From: Bdellovibrionales bacterium
GTDB lineage: Bacteria; Bdellovibrionota; Bdellovibrionia; Bdellovibrionales; JAUICD01
Direction: 5' to 3'
Length of the DNA stretch: 64,000 bases
NCBI GenBank assembly: GCA_965262715.1
Contig: OZ253553.1
Span: forward strand, 2,144,001-2,208,000
Of this stretch, positions 60,413 to 64,000 are shown one piece after another. The notes under the pieces were generated by a model that made no database searches, was not told the origin of the DNA, and worked only from the letters and a program-made list of their open reading frames with translations. The position numbers and the translations under genes were made by a program. Within the stretch, counting starts at the first letter, position 1. Each line of letters opens with the position of its first letter.

Positions 60413-61987
60413 TTAATTTTGAACTACAGAAATAACCTCAAAATCAGGTGTAAACTCTTTAGAAACAACACCTAAGCAAGATTTATTTTTGGTCGACTGT
60501 TTGACTTGATAAAGAGCATTATCTGCTACCTGAATGAGTGATGTAGCATCCCAACTTAAAGATGGATACTCTGAAATGCCTATACTAACAGATAAATGTC
60601 CTAATGGTTGATGCTCACCATAAGGCAATTTTGCATTGAGTATCATGCGCCGGAGTCTTTCTGCCTTAATCATTGCCCTTTTTTTGTCCGTGTGAGGCAA
60701 TATCATAACAAGTTCTCCGTTTTTCCACTTAGAAACCCAATCTGTTTTACGGCTTGTTTTAATAAAAGCATGAGCTATCATTCTTAACAAAACATGAGTC
60801 ACCTGCTCTCCATTACGCTTCATATAGCTATCAAAATCATCAATATCAATATAAAGTAAAGATAAAGGGTGTTTGATACGATAAGCACGACTCATTTCTT
60901 GATCTAAGATTTTCATAAAGTATTTTTTATTATAAGCTCCTGTATGTAAATCACATACAAGTAAGTCTTGCGCTTTTTCTTGAAAATAAACTTTTGCTAA
61001 AAACAAATTAAATGTTTTTATATAACTGTTTACAACATCAGCGTAAATTGACTTATCTACAGATTTATAAAAAACAACAACCAATCCTAATATATCTTCA
61101 TTGACCTTTATAGGAATTGGCAAATAAGATTCTACCTGAAAAACACTTGTCATAAACTGCTTAAGTTGCTGAAAAGTGTCTGGTTCTTTTATCTTTCTCA
61201 AATAAGATTGAGGCTCTTCTTTAAATGAAATGCCAGCATTTTTAAATTGATCAGTATTTAGACCATAAGCATGCGTTACAAGTAATGATGTATGTGAAGG
61301 AATATACTTCAAATATATGGCAGGTTGACCTACTAAATCTGATAGACTATGAAGAAAACAATCGACAGCGCCATTTGTATTATTAATCACAGACAGTCTG
61401 GTTACGAATTGATCTATTATATCTATTATTTTTTTATTTACATTTTCTTCTTTACTTAGACTACTTGTACTTTCTGATCTTACTTCTAATGGAGGCTGGC
61501 TTTGATCTTTATTAGCTATTTCTGTATTTGCAGTATGAATTTTAAGATTTGAGTGAATCTGATGATCAAGTTCTTCCAATAATTGTTCATTTTGAAACTT
61601 CAAATATAATTTCTCTATAGCTTTATCTAATAAGTTTATCAGATACTTTTCCTTTATGTTTTTATCAATAACGTCATAAGCGCCCTTCTGAAAAGCTTTA
61701 TCTTTATCAGATTCATCAGAGGTGACTATTAATACCAAAATATCATCACTTGCTTTTTGAATATTTTCTAAGAAATCTAATCCATTCATTTGAGAAAGAT
61801 CTATATAACTAATGACAATGTGAGGGGGTTCTTGCACTAATCTTGCTAAAACAGCTTCTGCTGTTGAAAAATGCATGGCACCAAATCCTGCATCATTTAA
61901 AAATTGATGTAAATTATCCTGAGATGCCGTTTTTTTGGGCATAACAGTATATATTTTAAATTCACCTCTAATAGATTCTATCTTCAT
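60413..61987 (-). CDS. REC plus degenerate GGDEF protein (CdgA-like c-di-GMP receptor candidate)
   Basis: Atypical receiver domain; DIDDF; I-site RKTD with the active-site motif replaced by KNGEL. Confidence 0.75.
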   Translation of the reverse strand: MKIESIRGEFKIYTVMPKKTASQDNLHQFLNDAGFGAMHFSTAEAVLARLVQEPPHIVISYIDLSQMNGLDFLENIQKASDDILVLIVTSDESDKDKAFQKGAYDVIDKNIKEKYLINLLDKAIEKLYLKFQNEQLLEELDHQIHSNLKIHTANTEIANKDQSQPPLEVRSESTSSLSKEENVNKKIIDIIDQFVTRLSVINNTNGAVDCFLHSLSDLVGQPAIYLKYIPSHTSLLVTHAYGLNTDQFKNAGISFKEEPQSYLRKIKEPDTFQQLKQFMTSVFQVESYLPIPIKVNEDILGLVVVFYKSVDKSIYADVVNSYIKTFNLFLAKVYFQEKAQDLLVCDLHTGAYNKKYFMKILDQEMSRAYRIKHPLSLLYIDIDDFDSYMKRNGEQVTHVLLRMIAHAFIKTSRKTDWVSKWKNGELVMILPHTDKKRAMIKAERLRRMILNAKLPYGEHQPLGHLSVSIGISEYPSLSWDATSLIQVADNALYQVKQSTKNKSCLGVVSKEFTPDFEVISVVQN

Positions 61988-63546
61988 TTCTCTTTGATCT
62001 TTGGTGGTCTAATTTTCACTTTAAATTCTACTTTCTTCTTATTTACTATATCATGTTTATCTATAAAAAAATTATCTTTTTCTTCATTAAGTATTACTTG
62101 TTCAGGCTGTTTGTGTATCATCGTTGCATCATTTTCTTTATTTGCAACCTGATTTGTTTGTTGAGGTTGTAAATCAGGTTCGTCTAAAGACAAATCAAGC
62201 TCCAGTTTATCTATCTTAAGTGATTCTATCTTAGGTATTTTATCTGAAGATTTTAATTTTTCTTGCAAACTAGATAATGCATCACTTTTTTTATTTCCTT
62301 GAAACGGATTTTTCATACCTTCTAATGCCTCTTTATTAAACACTGAAGATTTCACCTTTTCCATTTCACCTGTTTGATTTACAGATACATTGCCAATAGA
62401 AGCCGTTTGTTTTGGTTGTGAAGAAATGATATCTTTTTCTATAAAAAGAGTTTCCTTATGCGAGCTAATGAGCTTCTTTGGAGTTATATTTTCTTGATTT
62501 TGCAAGCTTTCAGGATACGGAAGATCAATTATAAAGGTACTTGCTTTATTACTTTTGGATTCCAAGTAAATATTTCCTTTATGCCCTTTGATGATGCCAA
62601 AGCAAACAGAAAGGCCTAATCCCTTTCCTTCTTGAGGTTCTTTTGTTGTAAAAAATGGTTCAAATATTTTATCTACAATATTCTCAGGCACACCAATTCC
62701 TGTATCACTGATCTGAATATGTACACCATTTTTTGTGTCCTCTGTATATATAGTTAGTATTCTTTTCTGAGATCTCTCCATAGCATAGATAGCATTATTG
62801 ATTAAATTGACGAAAACTTGTTGCATTTGAAGAGCATCTACATAAACATCTTGATCTGATATCAACTTTTTTTGGATTTGAATGTTTTTATCTTTTAATT
62901 GTGTTTCCATCAGATCTATTGTTTCTAGTATGACTTGATTGATATCTATCACCTTACAATCTAATGGTATATTTTTAGAAAACTTCATTAAATCTCTGGT
63001 AAAATCTTTAACTTTACGTATTTCTTTTTCAATGATATCTAGATGTTTTTGTAAGGGAAGACCAACCGACTTGCCTTTTGCTAGCTGTGCATGTCCTAAT
63101 ATGCCTGCGAGAGGATTATTGATCTCATGTGCAATACTTGTACTCAAATGATCCAAAGCTCTCATTTTGTCTCTTTGATTTAGAGTTTGATATTTTTTGT
63201 TGATCGACCGCTCATATTCTATAAAATACTCTCTCATGTGAAGTAGAAGGTCAGCAAGTTCCGCAAATGGACCTTTTACTATCTTTTGTTTTGCTAAATA
63301 TTTATCTGCAAAATAATTATCTTTCGTTAAATAAAGCAATGAGTGTTTAATCGATAAAAGTTTGTCATTGATTTTCTTTTCTACAAATAAAGTAGCCGCC
63401 AAAGCAATCAAAGAAAAACCAATCAATAAGATCATTGCCATCAGCATAAAATCATTGCGAGACTCCAAAGCAGGGCTAAAAATAGCTATGCTTTCACCAA
63501 TAAGCAATCCCATGATAACTATGGGTATAAAAAATGATATAAACAA
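61984..63546 (-). CDS. membrane sensor histidine kinase
   Basis: AHEINNPL, QVFVNLINNA, DTGIG, FEPFFTTK, GKGLGL. Confidence 0.92.
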   Translation of the reverse strand: MFISFFIPIVIMGLLIGESIAIFSPALESRNDFMLMAMILLIGFSLIALAATLFVEKKINDKLLSIKHSLLYLTKDNYFADKYLAKQKIVKGPFAELADLLLHMREYFIEYERSINKKYQTLNQRDKMRALDHLSTSIAHEINNPLAGILGHAQLAKGKSVGLPLQKHLDIIEKEIRKVKDFTRDLMKFSKNIPLDCKVIDINQVILETIDLMETQLKDKNIQIQKKLISDQDVYVDALQMQQVFVNLINNAIYAMERSQKRILTIYTEDTKNGVHIQISDTGIGVPENIVDKIFEPFFTTKEPQEGKGLGLSVCFGIIKGHKGNIYLESKSNKASTFIIDLPYPESLQNQENITPKKLISSHKETLFIEKDIISSQPKQTASIGNVSVNQTGEMEKVKSSVFNKEALEGMKNPFQGNKKSDALSSLQEKLKSSDKIPKIESLKIDKLELDLSLDEPDLQPQQTNQVANKENDATMIHKQPEQVILNEEKDNFFIDKHDIVNKKKVEFKVKIRPPKIKEK

Positions 63547-63876
63547 TAAATTGTAACGAAGCTTCAGAAATCACTCCTAGGTTGCATTTATTGACAAATA
63601 AACAGTCGCCAGCTTGCCAGAGAACTGGTTCACTGGAGCTTTACCAAGTTTAAATACATTCTGTACTCATTATTTGCATAAAGTTTATCTTTATTTTCTA
63701 AGATCTGACAAACCAAGTAATCAAATAACCAGACAATAAATATACCTGATGACCAGATCACTGAACTACCTGACTTCCAAAATTGTACTTTCATTATGAG
63801 AGCTTACACAATCTTAGTATGGCATTTAACGTTTCTCATACCAAGTTATTTTTTAACGATAAAAAGTGTGTATAGG

Positions 63877-63999
63877 CTAAAGAATATCTTTTATTGAAAG
63901 AAGGCAATGGAATTGTAATCCCTTAGCTTCAATATTTCCTTGCCCTCCTTCTTTGCGATCAACACAGGTAAGGACACCCTCAACATTGAGTTTTGCTTG
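63877..63999 (-). CDS. pyrE: 3' end of orotate phosphoribosyltransferase (partial)
   Basis: LNVEGVLTCVDRKEGGQGNIEAKGLQFHCLLSIKDIL* matches the PyrE C-terminal VDR.EGG pattern. Confidence 0.65.
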   Translation of the reverse strand, partial: QAKLNVEGVLTCVDRKEGGQGNIEAKGLQFHCLLSIKDIL

Positions 64000-64000
64000 C

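Noticed and set aside
2573..63556. Numerous 60-125 aa ORFs lying within or antisense to longer recognised genes
   Set aside because: No motifs, and fully overlapped by well-supported CDSs

Overview
AT-rich bacterial chromosome segment, most likely Bdellovibrionota. This is inferred from the yggS-maf / tadC-DUF192-FHA-FHA-FHA locus, a CdgA-like degenerate GGDEF protein beside a histidine kinase, and many orphan secreted proteins. Core genes (parA/parB with two parS sites, clpX-like, rplS, rnhB, yraN, rnpB, tRNA-Gly/Thr, tuf, tRNA-Trp, uvrA, tRNA-Phe, pyrE end) are interleaved with secreted orphans, a decaying toxin-antitoxin/nuclease island (about 41.8-52.5 kb), a complete IS1634-family element with a 94-bp target duplication, and dispersed structured intergenic repeats and MITEs. 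Most unusual: (1) four tandem 89-bp tRNA-Trp-derived copies with an 8-nt anticodon loop (CUUACAAA) directly upstream of the real tRNA-Trp; (2) an RNase P RNA with four tandem mini-hairpins inserted before P18; (3) a signal-peptide protein built of about eight XRE-like HTH units; (4) a secreted SpoIID-domain gene split by a single in-frame UGA. All family assignments are by eye from motifs; no database searches were run.
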